64,000 nucleotides of DNA, from NCBI GenBank assembly GCA_964035545.1, contig OZ037766.1:8236722-8300721 (forward strand), written 5' to 3'. The translations under genes and the position numbers were made by a program. This stretch comes from Bugula neritina. Lineage: Eukaryota; Animalia; Bryozoa. How positions within the stretch are numbered: the first letter of the stretch is position 1; every line of letters starts with the position of its first letter. The notes beneath the pieces were generated by a model. It ran no database searches. It saw only the letters and a program-made list of their open reading frames with translations, and was not told the DNA's origin. Below are positions 13,744 to 28,164 of this stretch, piece by piece.

Positions 13744-14896
13744 GATCATGGCTATTGTGCTCAATATAAGTATGCAACTTCTCAAAAACTTCATATTTCA
13801 AAATGCAAGCAGAAAATTTTGTAGAAAAATTTAAATCAACTTTTAGGGTATCTTCGTCAAATATTTTGAACTTAAAAAGCACTTGAAAATAATAAAATAG
13901 CATATCCTAGTGAACTATGTTATGCTACTATAAAATATAGGTAGTTCCAACACAGATTTGGCTAAACGTTTTATTGAGCCATTTCAATAAGTGCAATAAT
14001 CTTTCATGTATTATACCTGTGCCATACAAGTTTGCTCTATTAGCTACATCATTTATTCAAGAGTATTATTTTTATTTATAGCTGTATACAAGTTATTTCT
14101 CAAAAAACATTTACCAGGTAAAATCTTAATGAAGATTTTTATTAACCACATTATTTTAGACAGCTTTTTTGCATGTATCCATAAATAACTGAAATTTTGG
14201 TAGTGGCAAATATTAGCCTAACAAAAATGCATATTGATATATGGAAATCAAGAGAAGACAGAAATATTTATGGAGGTAGAGTGCCAACTGAAGTACATAA
14301 AACGTTCAACAGCCACCATAGACAACCCAAATAACACAAAATTAGTTTTTCATAGAACTAATATATATATTTTTGTCAGACTGAGATCTTAGTGCATTGA
14401 AAAAATACTGAATACTATAACCAAACATATTTAACTTGCCACCTTCTTTTAGCTTATTGGCTAAGATCTAAAAGTCATAAAAACCATGCATAAGACGAAA
14501 AGCTATATTTAGAATTTCTACACCCTTGTCAGATATGCACATGCCTTAACTAACTCACAAACCGCCATACATAAAAGGCATCACTTTATACCTTATATAC
14601 ACCATCATGATGCACTATGTCCAATTACCTAAATTTGGTGACTAAATTATTAACAATGCTAAAATATGCACAGTTCATACAGCAAAAATGCATGTAATTG
14701 CAGAATTACCAAGCAATATTTGATATTTATCATAAGACATATTAGATAAATTATATCAAAACGGGTGTAGGTCATTTCGTACCCACTTTTTCAGGTTTCG
14801 TACACATCTATATAAATTAATTAAAATACATAATTTTTTATATTTATTTCTTATTTGATGTTTGATCATATATATTTTTGTTTCAAAAAACATGAT

Positions 14897-14985
14897 GAGA
14901 GAGAGAGGGGGGAGAGAGAGGGGGAGGAGAGAGAGAGGGGGAAGAGAGAGAGAGGGGGGAGAGGGGAGAGAGAGAGGGGGAGAGG
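14897..14985. repeat. GA/G-rich polypurine simple repeat
   Basis: (GA)n interrupted by G runs. Confidence 0.9.
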
Positions 14986-15119
14986 TTTGGGATAACCCAT
15001 TAAAACAATCAAAGAAGCCAGACACAATGTAGCACACATGAGTTATACCAATATGTTTTCACAATCTATCTTATTCTGTATCAAACCTACTATCTACTTC
15101 CAGTATTCACTATTCTGAT

Positions 15120-15425
15120 TCAGATTCAGTATGAGTACTATCAGTAACTATCAGCATGATTTTCAGTGTCACTATGAATAATAATTCTGAATATGATAGT
15201 GATACTGGCTATTATTATGACTATAAGCATCACCACCACTATGATGCTGCCTATGCCGTGCCTATGACCATCAGATTCATTATGATTATCATTATGACTA
15301 TGACTATGATTATGAGTATGATTATCACTATGAACATCAGTGTCACAGTCACCATGAAGCATCACTATTAGTATGACTATGAGTCAGTATGAATGATTAT
15401 GATGATTGTTGAGTGTATCGCTATC
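15120..15425. repeat. Degenerate (ATGACT/ATGATT/ATC)n low-complexity repeat
   Basis: Repeated ATGATT, ATGACT and ATCACT units; explains the His/Asp and Met/Ile ORFs. Confidence 0.8.
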
Positions 15426-15429
15426 AGTA

Positions 15430-16020
15430 TTACTTCAGTTTATGACCTCATCTGAGGTAGGACTTCCCAGCAGCTACTGGAATGTCTATAGGAAAGCCTC
15501 TAGCGACAACTTATATTAGACCAGGGTGAGCACTTGTTACAGCATTGCGATTTTGTATTTAGTTATTATATTCTCGCATTGTTCGTGGCAGAAAACAAGT
15601 GTGGAACATGCTTTTCCTAGCCGATATTGAGATAAGCTCTCCTCTGGCAGCTATTCAGGTGGTTACAGTTACAAACACCCTGTCTTCAATAATCTCATCA
15701 TAGGCTGTGGATAAAGGTTGGTGTTGATCCTCATTCATTTTCTCTTCTGTATTCCAGTTACCGAAGTCCTAACTCATCCCTCGCCTCAGATGCACTGACG
15801 CGTCCCTTCATATTACTTATGAACCGTATGGCCATGTTCTGGACCAGCTCTATATCATGCACCTTGCTTCTAGCCGCAGGATCCCAAACCACAACTGCAT
15901 AATCAATTACAATAGCCTATATAGACTTGTATAAGCCAGTAGCTTAGCATCCTTTGGGGCATCATAATCATACATCAGGTGCTTGATCCCCCCAAAGACA
16001 TTCTGGGACTCGGTACACTT
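15430..16020 (-). mobile_element. 5'-truncated non-LTR retrotransposon (CR1/L2-group LINE) 3' end, decayed
   Basis: Minus-strand translation gives ..KLLAYTSLYR../DYAVVVWDP..IELVQNMAIRFI..ELGL*LEYRR..CFLPRTMRE, the typical ORF2 C-terminus downstream of RT, with a frameshift and stops, followed by a 3' UTR. Confidence 0.8.
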
Positions 16021-16029
16021 CTCATTTAT

Positions 16030-16282
16030 ATGCTATTATATGCTATTATTTATAATTATATGCTATTATTTATATAACTATAACTATACGTATGACTACT
16101 AGTTACAAGTTACAGATTTATACTTATAGTATAACTACTAGTGTTGGTACTACTAGTATAACTATAAATATTACTATTAGTATAACCGATAACTTATATT
16201 ACTATTACTATTAGTATTAGTATTACTATTATTATTTACTATTACTATTAGTATTAGTAATACTAATAGTATTACTATTACA
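16030..16282. repeat. (TATTAC/TATAAC)n low-complexity repeat between the LINE fragments; similar sequence continues at 16620-16830
   Basis: Repeated TATTAC/TATTAG/TATAAC units. Confidence 0.8.
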
Positions 16283-16286
16283 AATA

Positions 16287-16620
16287 CCCCGGAAAGTTTT
16301 ATCCAAACTAGGGCCCAAACACTAGGACAGCCAAGATCAGTCAGCACCAATAATAACTGCTATTATAACAGCTTCTTGCCACGAACAATCCGTGACCTTA
16401 AAGGGAACAATCCTTGCAAGACTAATTTACACACAGAATAATCTAAACATTGACAGGTTAACTTACCTGTACTAATAAACAATATTGCAACACACACTGC
16501 AACCAATTTATGGACTATTATATGCATTTTACTTTCTGACCAACCATAAACATATGAGGCATGCCGCTTCTGCTACCTAGTGGTCTAGCATGATCGTAAT
16601 CTGGAGGTAACCTGGAGGTA
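16287..16620 (+). mobile_element. Short LINE 3' end (ORF2 C-terminal tail plus 3' UTR), related to the 15430-16020 element
   Basis: Translates QTRAQTLGQPRSVSTNNNCYYNSFLPRTIRDLK (same xFLPRTxR terminal motif) and ends in a tandem CTGGAGGTA(A) tail. Confidence 0.65.
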
Positions 16621-19392
16621 TTACTATTAGTAATAGTAATAGTATTACTATTACTATTAGTATTAGGTATTTTAACTGAAACTCTGCGGCTATGTAATAA
16701 TAATAATACTATAAAGTTCTATAAGTCTATAACTATAATTATAAGTATTACTAATAAACAATAGTAATACTAATACTAATAGACATGGTTATACTTATAC
16801 TTATAGTATAACTAATACTATAAGTATTAGTAATTGACTAATTTAAATCGATTACACATTCTTCGTTTAATATAACGGAAATATTGTAATCAGGCACAGC
16901 TAATTTCCCATTGAAACTAACTTTGAAATTATGCTTTATTATGCTTTATTATGCTTATAGTTTAAAATTTAAAATTTAAAGTTGACTGGATATGGAGGTG
17001 AGGCTGGGAGGCTTGGCAATAAGTGTAACGCGATAGACTTGTTCTATAAGCAGCTCTGAGTCAAAGGTGAAAGATGATCTTATTTTGGAGGATCTCTAGT
17101 TTGCGGTTGGGTCTCAACTCCAAAATAAATAGCATTATTTGAACGCGTAGAATGCTTTATTACAGGCTATTTAAGTTTCTCTTTCTAATCTTATTGAAAT
17201 TTATACCGCGGTGTCCCAAGAGGTCAATTATATAACGCTTGCTAATTTGTACACCGAGCTTACGCACACGGTAACATGCTTCTGCATCAATCACCAATGA
17301 TAATCTCAATAGCTGGAAGCTGCTACTTCCTCGTAGTTGTTAGTATTTTTGACAGCTTAACAATAGCCGCAGGTTTTGCTTAAATTTCTTTAAGCCTCAC
17401 TGCAACCTCTTAATAACTACTGTAAGTGTACAATGGTAACATTTCAATTCCATTAAACTTAATTGCAGTGTTAATCACTTCAAGACTCAAGTTAAACTAA
17501 GTTATTGTTAATCACTTTCACCTTCTGATTTACAATTACATTATGATTAACATTGTGATTGTTATTGTCAATCACTCAATGCCATTCACATTGTGGCTTG
17601 TCATTGTGATTGTGATCATCATCATGAGCATGATGATGATGTGATTAAATGAAATTAAATCATTGAATGATTGATGCTGAAGTATTAGTATAACATTAAG
17701 TTTAACTGTAACACCAACAGTAACTGAAGTTGTAGTCATAGTGATCGTGATACAGTCAATGCCTGTGTTATACTGGTACTGATAGTAATACTACTAGTGA
17801 TACTGATAGACAATAGTCATATTCATATTGATGCTATCAATCTTCATTATGATAATGATAATCATAATGATAATCATAATGATAATTATGAGTTATGACT
17901 AAGTTTAGGTACATTCACATTTCATTTTAAATTTTTATTTTATAGTACATTTATCATTATGATTATTATTGTTATATTTATTAGTAATGACTTTTTGGAT
18001 TGTTGAACTTGAATGTGATCTGGATATCAGTTGAAATTAAAATTAAAGTGACTGAAAAATCATAATATTAGAAATATTCAAATGCAAATAGAAAATTTAA
18101 CTCTCACTCTAACTTACAACTGGTCTTATTACTATGACATTACTGATTAACTAACAGAATGAAGTATAGCTGACTAATACTAATAGTAGTACTAATAGCA
18201 ATATAGTTTATAGTGAATGTAATGCGTAGTAAATCTGATGTTGTAAATTAGTACTGAAAAACATCCTTAGTGTAATAAAAAAAACCTTTTCATGGGGGTT
18301 CTTACAGTAAACACAGTTATTTTTAATATGGTATGACTATTTTATTTTAACTCATACCATCAACTAGTCCCATAGGTGTAGTTAGGCTAATATTTATATG
18401 AAAACAGGAAATGTACCAGTAACTAAGTATTAGTATCAATGTAACTATATTTATAATACTTATAGTTATAATAATGAGATAATCACTATATGTAAACTAT
18501 TATAATATCTAGTTTTATATTAATAGTGATTATATAAAGAGCTTTTAACTTGTAAGAAGACCTATACTAATACATAATTATACTGATACTAATACAATAA
18601 ATGTGGTAAGATTGTAATTTAGTATCACTATATGTTTAAGTGGGATTTGTAATGATTAAAATGTTAGTAACATCATATTGGTTGTGTCAGCTTTTTTATT
18701 TGTGTAATCTACCATCAACATAATTCTACCTATGTTTCTCAAAATATGAACCATTCATATATAAAAGTTAATCAATTTTTTGCCCGTATTAACTTGTAAC
18801 CTTGAGCTACCTCTTTTAGTAAAATTGAAGTTTGAGTATAACAGTCACAAAGAGGAGAATCTATAGATTATAGGGAATCTCCTTGAAAATCTCTCTGCTT
18901 GGCGTCTACAATCCTAATCTTTTCACTCAGGTAATCCTGCTCAGTCCTCCACAACAATAATATTATAACAACCTAACCACCTCTGTTAGTTACATAGTTT
19001 CTAAGATTCATGAGTATGTGATATGCTTTCTGATTTGTTCAACACATTTCTGCACCTACATATCATTAAAATTTTTAAATTCTTCAATGGCATTTAATTG
19101 GAAGTTTGTTTGAAACTGCTGTGTATTAATATAAAGACTTTTAAGCAAGGTTCTCAGTGCAATTCCTAAACAAAATCTATAGCTAATAGAAAAAATAATA
19201 TTTTTAAGAATATTAGGTTTTCCCTACATCAATTGTTGTGTTTCTGTGGTTGATTAGATTCATAAACATAGATATCTCTACAACCCCTAGTATCTGCGTT
19301 TTTTATGTTGATCAGCAAACTCTAACATTTTGTGTTCTAGCTCTAAAGGAAATTTTGGTGAGGATACAATGTAAAGCTTCAATCTTATTAGA

Positions 19393-22300
19393 ATGGCAAC
19401 TAATTCTGATGAACAAGATGGTGAGTGTATCCCAACTTCTTATAAGAGTGCATAGCTTTATATAATATATTTTCAACAAAAATAATCAAATAGTCTTATA
19501 AGTTAAGCACTTTAAAAATGCTATGGGCACTTTAGATAAAGTATAATTCTATAATACTTATTTTATCTTAAACTCATTGTAACTAGAATTATCTACTCTG
19601 TAAGTGTATTTTGCAAAGTTTTGTTACTTTAAAAGAGCTATAGAAAATTTATTTAATTTATTGTAAATAATATCCAACAGTTGAATGTTGGGTAGAAATT
19701 TAATAGCAATTTATTTCTTTTTTATTATTTGTATCATTTAATTACTCTATTTATTTGAATAGCCTACATTTTTGTGCCATATTTTTTATCTTCTAAGTTG
19801 TTGGAAACTGTCATTGAATCATGTATGTTTGAGCGGGACTAGCACAACTTATTGCTGGCTATTTTATATATAACTTTGATTAGCTGTTCACATTGTTTTG
19901 CCTGTTTATTCTATCATACACTGAATTGCTGTGGTCGTACTTTTCTATAATGTGTTGTGTTTACAGTCAGTCAAATTGACATCTGGTGTAATAGTGATGC
20001 AACTAGTACAGTCAGTCGGTTTACGGAACTTCTCTCGAGGATATTTACTAATCCCATAAATCAGCATGAAATAGAAAGTCTGTCGGACAATAGTAATTGT
20101 AAGTATTATTTCCCAATCTGATTTTGATTGAAATTTAATGTATGGGAGCACATATTATATGCTATGTTGAAATAAATTTGTCTAAAAGTAAAACAACAAA
20201 CATAATTGTACAAGTTTTTAAATTGTCTTTTAGATTTTGGATGTAATGGAACCATTGTGGTAGTGGTGACGCCTGAAACACTGCGTATGCTTCAGAGTAC
20301 AGCTCTTGCTTATGGTCGTCTCATTTCCAACTGTAAGGAGAGATACTATATCGATGAATATGAGTTGCTGGCCGCAGATCACAACACTAGAGTGACGCTG
20401 TTTGGAGCAGAGAATGCATGCGTCTGGAATAAAGTAGAAGTCAATGATAGTAGTGTTAAGAAAATATCACAAGTTTCTCTCAAACAGGGCATGCCCAGTT
20501 CAAAAGGAAGTGAGTAGTTTCAACCATTCTGGTGGTATCTTTCAAAGCAAAGTAGTAATAGCTTATACTTGTCAACTCACATTCTATCTCCCTTTTACTC
20601 AACAGAACCTACAAGGAATAGCAAAGGCAGAGGAAACATAAAAGGTCTCTTCACAGTTATCCCAAATGAGTTTTATTGTGATTCAGTAAGTTGTCTTCTA
20701 TTTTCTCATATAAAATCGTTTAGCACAATGTTTTTAACACAAGGTATATACTTTTATTTCAAAGTTTTGTTCCCGATTTTTTGCAAAACATCATGAGCAA
20801 CCTGTTATAGATAATGATCCGTTTAGAATTTAAGTAATCACTATGTTCCGTACTGCGTATGATTTTTTATTGTGAGAAGCTTGCTATTTGATAAATTTGT
20901 GCTCCTGTATAAGATGGTTGTTGCAATAAACTCGGTTTTTATGGTTCTTATTATTCACAATAAATTGCAGTTTAGTATTTTGAATTGTTATTCAGTTGAG
21001 GAGAGAAAGAGTTGAAGATGGCGTCATAGTGATTGATGCATCAGTGTATGAAGGTTCCGGAGTGTCATGGCCCTACTCTGGTAACCAAGTTTCTGCCAAC
21101 CTGGTCAACAATGCGGACAAGTCAGAGAACTTTAGCTTGGAGTTAACCACAGTGGTGCCGGCTAAAGTATTCAAATTCAAACTTCCTGGTATAACATACA
21201 GTTGTTTATTCACTAATCAACTTATACATGAAACACAATCAAAACCAATTTTGATAAATTATATCAAGTTGGTTTATTAATACTGTATGTCCTTACTTGA
21301 GATTAATATGCTGTGCACACTTGTGTATGTAGCGTAATTTTATATAAAGATTTGTTCTCTAGTTAGCGGTATTCACAGTGCATTAATCAAACAATGCAGA
21401 TAAAAGCTACTCTTTCCACTTTGCTAAGTGCTGGTTATGTCAGCCCACTGTTGACTTAATAGTATAGCATTGGGCCTTTGGTGTCTTCATTTACTCATTG
21501 TTTAAGGTACTTACACAATAGGAATGCCTAATTTTAATATTATGAAACTATGTTGTGCAGTCTTGCTTCAGTTCATTCAAATGTTGCTTACATGGAATGA
21601 AATGGGAATACAGTGCACATGACTGACACCCACGCCTACATACGTGTTCATACTGCGTGTGTGTTTGGAGTAGTGTACACACCAGTTCACATATTTTAAA
21701 GTTTCAGCATATATTGTATTTAGCATTATGAGCTATGCCTTGGTATAAAGCCTTTTGAGTTTTGTTTACACTTTAAATTGTTTATTTTGAAGAAAATTAC
21801 TCAGATTTGTAATATTTGAAAAACAAATGCAAAACTTTAATGTGATTAGAATATTTTTTGTTGACTAAACAATATTTGATGTTTAACTAACAGGGCAATT
21901 TATTATTCACCCTAGCTAGTAAAATGTTTGGTTTTACAATAATCAATTGCTGAGGTCATTGTCTGTGTTTTTGACATTAACTATTAATTGTTAGATGCTC
22001 CTTTGCAAACACTTAGTTATATGTTTTGGTCTGTTTGTTTTTATCTGCATCTTGTATTACTTTCATATCATTTCTAGGGATCTTCCTTATATTTGTCAAT
22101 GTTTAAAGTAACTGTTATAAGTGTACATTATTTATACTCATAATTTCATTATTAGGTTGTGTGTAATAATCTTGAGTGTTATTGTAGATGATCTTAAAGC
22201 TTCATCATATATGATAATTGTTAGAGACGGGAATACTTCTCAGTCCTATAAACTAGGTACACATCTATTCACATCATATTTTTTGTTTGCATTTATGAGC

Positions 22301-25300
22301 TAATTATTTGTCTACAGTTTTTAGCTGGGCTAGAGTATTATTCTGTCACATTATCTGAATGATACAAATCTACCAAATATGGACCAATTGCTGTAAATTA
22401 TTATTCTAGAATCTTCTGTTGATATCTATTAGCAAAGAGCTTTTGCAATATTAATCTGCAGAACAATTTCTATGATAATCAGCAGGTGGTTTGGTTCTGT
22501 AGGTAGCAGAAGTGTTAAGATAAAGCAGCACACAGCTCCCATAAATAGTGATCTGTTTTCTGAAGAAAATTTGACAGCTCTGACCAGTGTTCCTGACCTG
22601 TCAACAGAAGAACATTGTCGTAATGCTGACAAAAAGCTCTGTGATTTCTATGATAAATCTCAGCTGCCATTAAAGTTACCCCAATATCTTGGTTAGTATA
22701 ATAAAATATGCACGTGTCTTTATAGTCTTATATCAAAAGCTGATACTTCTGTTCTCTCTAGAACTGTTTTATTGAGACATATAAATATTTATCTATTTAT
22801 TGATTATTGACTGCTAAATGGTAGTGTTATGTTGCTAATAATTTTCAGGACAAAAGTGCCCAACACTGCTGCATGTTGCTTGCTATTATGGGTTTGAAAA
22901 CCTACTGATGAGGATATTGGACTCTTTCTGTTCCCTGCACTCTTTGCACAACATTGTCAATGTTGATAATCTAAAACCTGAGGCTATAGCTCGGAAAAAT
23001 GGGCATATGGTGTTGGCAGATTCACTACATGAGCAACTGGTAATAAAGCAATATTTATTTTATTGTGGTTAGTAATTTGATTTATTTTGATTCATATACT
23101 GGAGTAAGTTAAACACTTTTTTAACTGTAGGTATATCATAATTATAAAAATGAGTGCTTTTTTATTTATATACTTAGACAATAGTTCTGCCCTTAGTTTT
23201 GCTAATGTTTTTAAATAAAATATGTATAAAGATTTAAGAGCTTACAAGACCTTTTTTGATGAATCATCTAAATTATGTTTTGCAAATGAAGATTATGTAC
23301 TTTATTTTCAATTCCAATTAATTTATATATAAAAATAGTAATGAATTTAATTAAATTGAATCTGGTAGACAGAAATATTAAAAAATCTAGTGAAAAGTTT
23401 TACTCGAAATGATTTGTTAGTGTAACTACAAGAAAGAATAAGATTTTTATTATATAACTGCTAACATAGTCAGTACCAAAGTTTATAGATTTGCTATTAA
23501 TTCTGCTTGAGTCAAAATTTATGTGAACCCAACTTTCTCGGCTGAAATAAAAACTTTTATGCCTGCTTATAAGCTTCAGGAACTGAGTGGTTTGTAAGCT
23601 CTTTGCTGCGTGTGGTACTAGGTTTAATCTAATCTAATCAAGAAATTTTATACTTAGTACCATGTGTTTATACTTAATGTCTTTGCAATACAATTGAAAT
23701 GTAAACAATACTTACTGCTGTTATCTCTTTAAGGAAATTCAGAATTTATACATGGAACATGCCCCAGAGAAGGGTGAGTAACTGGTATTGTTCTTTACTC
23801 TCACCAATGCAGTCTGTGTGCAATTTTCTCCTTTTTCTACATATTGTATGGTTAATTAAGAATTTTAATGTTAAAACAATGTTGGTACTTGAAATTGCAT
23901 ACTAAGCTGTTGTTTTTAGCTTTAGTTCGTCGCAATGAATTCCATTATTATTGGATTTTTTTGTGGTTTGTGAAGTTTTTATTGCACTTGAGCAGTTGTG
24001 TTAAATGCCTGACAGTAGTTAAACCTGAAACTTATAGCATGCAAGGCAAATGCACCTTCTTGTAATAGTTCTAAGTTGAGATTCTGTTGAAGCAAATTGT
24101 TTTCACAAAGAAAATAAATTGTTATAAATTTTTAGACAAATCCATGTTTCGTCATTCTGGTTTGTAAAGTTTTTTTATCAATTATTGCATGTGCAGGTGC
24201 TGTAGTTGCATGTCACAATGGCTATGTCTTTGCTACCCGGTGTTAGGGCACTTGCCTTTCTAATGCATGTTGTTTACTTCTTGAATCCACTGGCAATTAG
24301 TGTTAGTAGCCTATTTGAAGAGGCGTGCTTCATACTCGGGTAGTGCTACTACTCTACACTCCCAGTGCATATACCCTTCCTTGCTAATGCTTCACCCATT
24401 ACTATGTTTAATTTTTAGCCAAAGCTACAGAGTTTCACGATATCTACTGTACAGTGTCATTTGACTCTAATTACTCTTCAGGTAGTACTCCGCTACTTTT
24501 TTATATAAAAATCACTAATCTTCTGCCGCTGATCTAGTAGATGCTAAATTTAAACATTCTTTTGAGGATTTAGTATTTACAATACTTCTCAATTTCATTT
24601 TTTGAAAAATTTATGAAACTATATAATGCATACAGCAATATCTTTGTGGTACTGAAGTTGTAGCTAGTTCACTTTGCTATCAGGCCAATCCATATTAGAT
24701 TAATAGTCAAAAAGTTCTCTTTTATAATAAACTGGTGATTTTTTGAGAGCACTTTTAATTAAATGCCTCTTTGATCACCCTGCTGGTTATATGTGTAAAT
24801 GACACAGGATTCAAACAAGTAGGAAAACCAATATGGTCTTCTTTGTAAATTTAGACACATTTGTTACTATTCAAATGATACATGATTTGTCTTACATGCT
24901 TCAAATTGTGTTCAAGAGAAGATGAAAAGAAAAACTTAGCAAGGCATACTGGGTAGTCTGGAATATGGTGTGGGCGAGTTTTTAAACTATACAACTATGA
25001 AACCTTAAGCTTGGTGTAAGAATTTTAAAATGGTGCCGGACGAATTTTAAATATAAATATCAGTGTGGTGTGGCTGGTGTTAGTAATTCTAATGAAACCT
25101 CTGGAGAAAAACATTACAAAGTCATAGGCCTGTCAGTTTCTTTGTTACTTTTACCAACTCAATGTTTAAAAACCATGATTTTGTGGCTATACTAGACACT
25201 GACCATTGTTAAATAAGTTGCCTTTTATGCATGCCTAGTGCTTTTGCAGACATGTGTATGTTGTTTGTCATTTATTTTTGTTACCAAGTGGTCTCATAGC

Positions 25301-28164
25301 AGGCTGAATCAAAAGTATTTCCTGCTCCTAAAAAGGAAGTTTTGTTACTATGAATTGCAATATCAAAGCTTCTTCAGTCGTTGTGTTCTATATTTTAAAT
25401 GCAATCTATGAAAACAATAGCTAATAAATAGAAGGTTATATGATTTTATTAAAGATTAGTATCTAAATAGTTTAATTTTTTGTAGGCATAGTTTATGTGT
25501 ATGGCGCGGTGGTGGATGGCGATCAATCTGAAGGTTTGTTTTGATACTTATAGCTGCTACTAGTTTTAGTCATGTACCAGCAGCAACTAATTTTAATTGC
25601 TTTATTTTAAATTAAACTCATGTAATTTAACCAAAGTTATGTGTAGCTATATGTCATTTAAAAAGAAACTTTCTACAGCAAGTCCAATTTAATTATATTA
25701 TAGTGGAATATTTTATATTTGTAAATATTTTAGCGTATTGCTTATAATAGGTCATTTCATAACAAATATTTACCGTTGAACAATTTTAATTGTTTCAATT
25801 CATTTTACTGTGCACTTACACTAAATGTAGATGACGATGTTATATACTCTGAAGCGGAAAGCAAGGAGAGTTTAGAAAGGCGGACTTCTCTATCTGCACT
25901 GCTTCACACTCCTCGTGTGGCACGTGATGATCATGATCTAAGGAGCCAAACCCTTCCCGGTATGGTTGTTTACATATATTAAACAAGTGATAACCATTAT
26001 GCATGGTGTGCTATCTGGCGCGTGCCAATGTCTATACTTTTATTGAGATTATTCATTTTCAGTCAATGCTAGACTACCAACTTATGAAAATGAAGGGCTA
26101 TATTTGAACGGAAATCATGCAGCAGACTTACCTGAACAAAACCTGCGTGACTGGACCAAGAAAATGCAGTCATTTAGAAATCTAAAACTTGAAGAAAGAT
26201 TGGAGGTACATGATGTCTATTTCATTATATGGATAGAATGAGTTCACGCAATGGTTCTAACTGGAGATGTCAGGCTTTATTAGAGTAGTGTCTTTGTATG
26301 TTGTGGCGCTGGTTTGAGTTTAACTCAAGTAAAGTTGTTAATATTGTACTATCACATATTACACATATTGGCAGTTTCCATTCAGAAAAAAAATAATTGC
26401 ACCCTATTCAATTGAGATTTTCAATCTTTGGTTCCATGAGGACGCAACCATGGTCATGGAAAATAACTTCACGTGCTCTATTTTCATAACAAAATATTGA
26501 ACAATACCATTTCTTGGATACTGATTAAAAGATTTTGCAAAAAAAATTTTGAATGTTTTTAATATGTAACTTTTTATATATAATTATAAAAGATGTAAGA
26601 TTTACCTGATCTACTTAGTACAAAAATATGTGCACCTGAAATTTTTTTTTTAGTATGGTAGGGTCAATGCTTCCTTAGATCAAGTTATGGTGGTTAAAGA
26701 ATACTTTCTTTTGTGTATGTTTGCTTATGTGCATTGTAGAGTATAATAAGTATACAGTGTATACAAATTATTATGGTTATATAGAATCAGTGCATTTAGA
26801 CTTTCTAAAGATATAAAAGGGTGCACAAATTAAAGTGAAGTAACTTTATCATTTTTAGAACCAGCAAGTCTTTCTGATCCTAAAAAATAAATATTTTTGT
26901 ATATAAAAGGCACAGTTGCTTTATGTACTATGTAACCAGAATGCTATAAGAAATGAGTCTAATTTGGAGAGCTGAACATTTCTTTAATTTTTACAGCTAT
27001 TAGGTTCTGTCTCCTTTAATTATGTGGTTATATATATTATCATTATAACTTTCTATACTGCTATACTAATCTAAGATTAACACCAAGTTTTTGTATTTTT
27101 AAGCTTTTGGATATTATATTGATGTAAAACTACAATTTACTACTTTGAAAAGCAGAATTTCTTGTAAATTCATCATAATTTAGTAACTTAATGTTACTTT
27201 TGTTTTTTTTATTTGATTGCAGTGACATTTGTTTATTGTCTAATTTAATCTAAAGTGACATACTTCTGTTTTACTTTGAAGTGTCAAAGAAAACTAGTGG
27301 CTGAGCAAAAAGCCGTAATAAAGAAACATGGACAGGTGAGTAGCCCTTTATAATGAGAGTTTCCTTAATGATGATTCTCTTATCTCTAATTTTATTAGCA
27401 TTATAATTTTTTGTGTTAGACACTTTCGTCACAAAGTAGTAGTGCTCACTGAACTATTCATGTGAAAGTTGGGAGAACCTTGGTCTAATACTTGCTCTGT
27501 GTTAGCTTATGACTAGTGCATAATTCAGACAGCTTCTTGAATTTTAAATTAAAATATGTTCATTATATAGATTGGCAACATTTGTCCAAGAAAAACTTGT
27601 TTGTCAACAACTTATTTCAGCTCATACAGCAAACGGGGCGTAAACAAATTTTTGTAGATAAATCTTGAATAAAGTACTTGTGACTCCTAATGCTGCTAGA
27701 TTTATACTAATGCTATTCTAGAAAATAAGCAATTATTAGTAGAACATTCCAGAATACCGAATTTATGGCAACTTCAGCTTGTGCCAGACCTGTACATTTG
27801 AGGCATATGCTATAAACAATGTGGTATTAGCGGCTACTGCTATTAAATAAATCAGAAGTTTGACACCTTGTAGCTTCCTCCTCCTCCCATTCCCTCTCGT
27901 CCTGCGACACTCGATATGACCAACTCTACCAAAGTGAAAAAACTACCAGCACCGCCTCCTGGATCTAAAAACGGATGTCCAGTACCTAGACCAAGAAGAC
28001 AGCTTTCAAAAGAAAATGGTCTTAGCAACATGAAATCTCCTTCTCCTGATTATGTGGAGCCCATTAGTACAGTCCCTCTATCTCCTGCATCTACTAGTTC
28101 TACTCCTCGTTCTCTCAGCTTTGATACCCCACCTGTGGTTCTTCCAAGACAAACTAGGCCATGA
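19393..28164 (+). CDS. PIK3AP1: BCAP/BANK1/Dof (DBB)-family signalling adaptor: TIR-like, DBB, 2 ankyrin, Tyr/Pro-rich tail; 14 coding exons, ~620 aa
   Basis: Exons 19393-19420, 19967-20098, 20234-20509, 20606-20685, 20996-21188, 22188-22256, 22503-22691, 22849-23039, 23734-23773, 25486-25533, 25831-25959, 26063-26205, 27282-27335, 27874-28164. All GT-AG with consistent phases (1863 nt). The exon CPTLLHVACYYGFENLLMRIL..IVNVDNLKPEAIARKNGHMVLADSL matches the BCAP/BANK ankyrin block (PTLLHFAAKYGL..NKHGHYPNTIAEKHG). FTVIPNEFYC resembles the DBB start, and the C-terminus is PPPPIPSR..PPVVLPR. The symbol is family-level, not a proven 1:1 orthologue. Confidence 0.8.

Noticed and set aside
15141-15371. 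His-rich ORFs resembling metal-binding peptides
   Set aside because: Low-complexity ATG/ATC repeats open on both strands, with no splice or gene context
18873-18882. NF-kB-like site GGGAATCTCC upstream of the BCAP-like ATG (another, GGGATTCCCC, at 3339)
   Set aside because: One or two matches to this degenerate consensus are expected by chance in 64 kb
24197-24241. Possible extra phase-1 micro-exon (GAVVACHNGYVFATR) in the BCAP-like gene
   Set aside because: Frame-compatible, but the donor is weak and there is no homology support, so it was left out of the model
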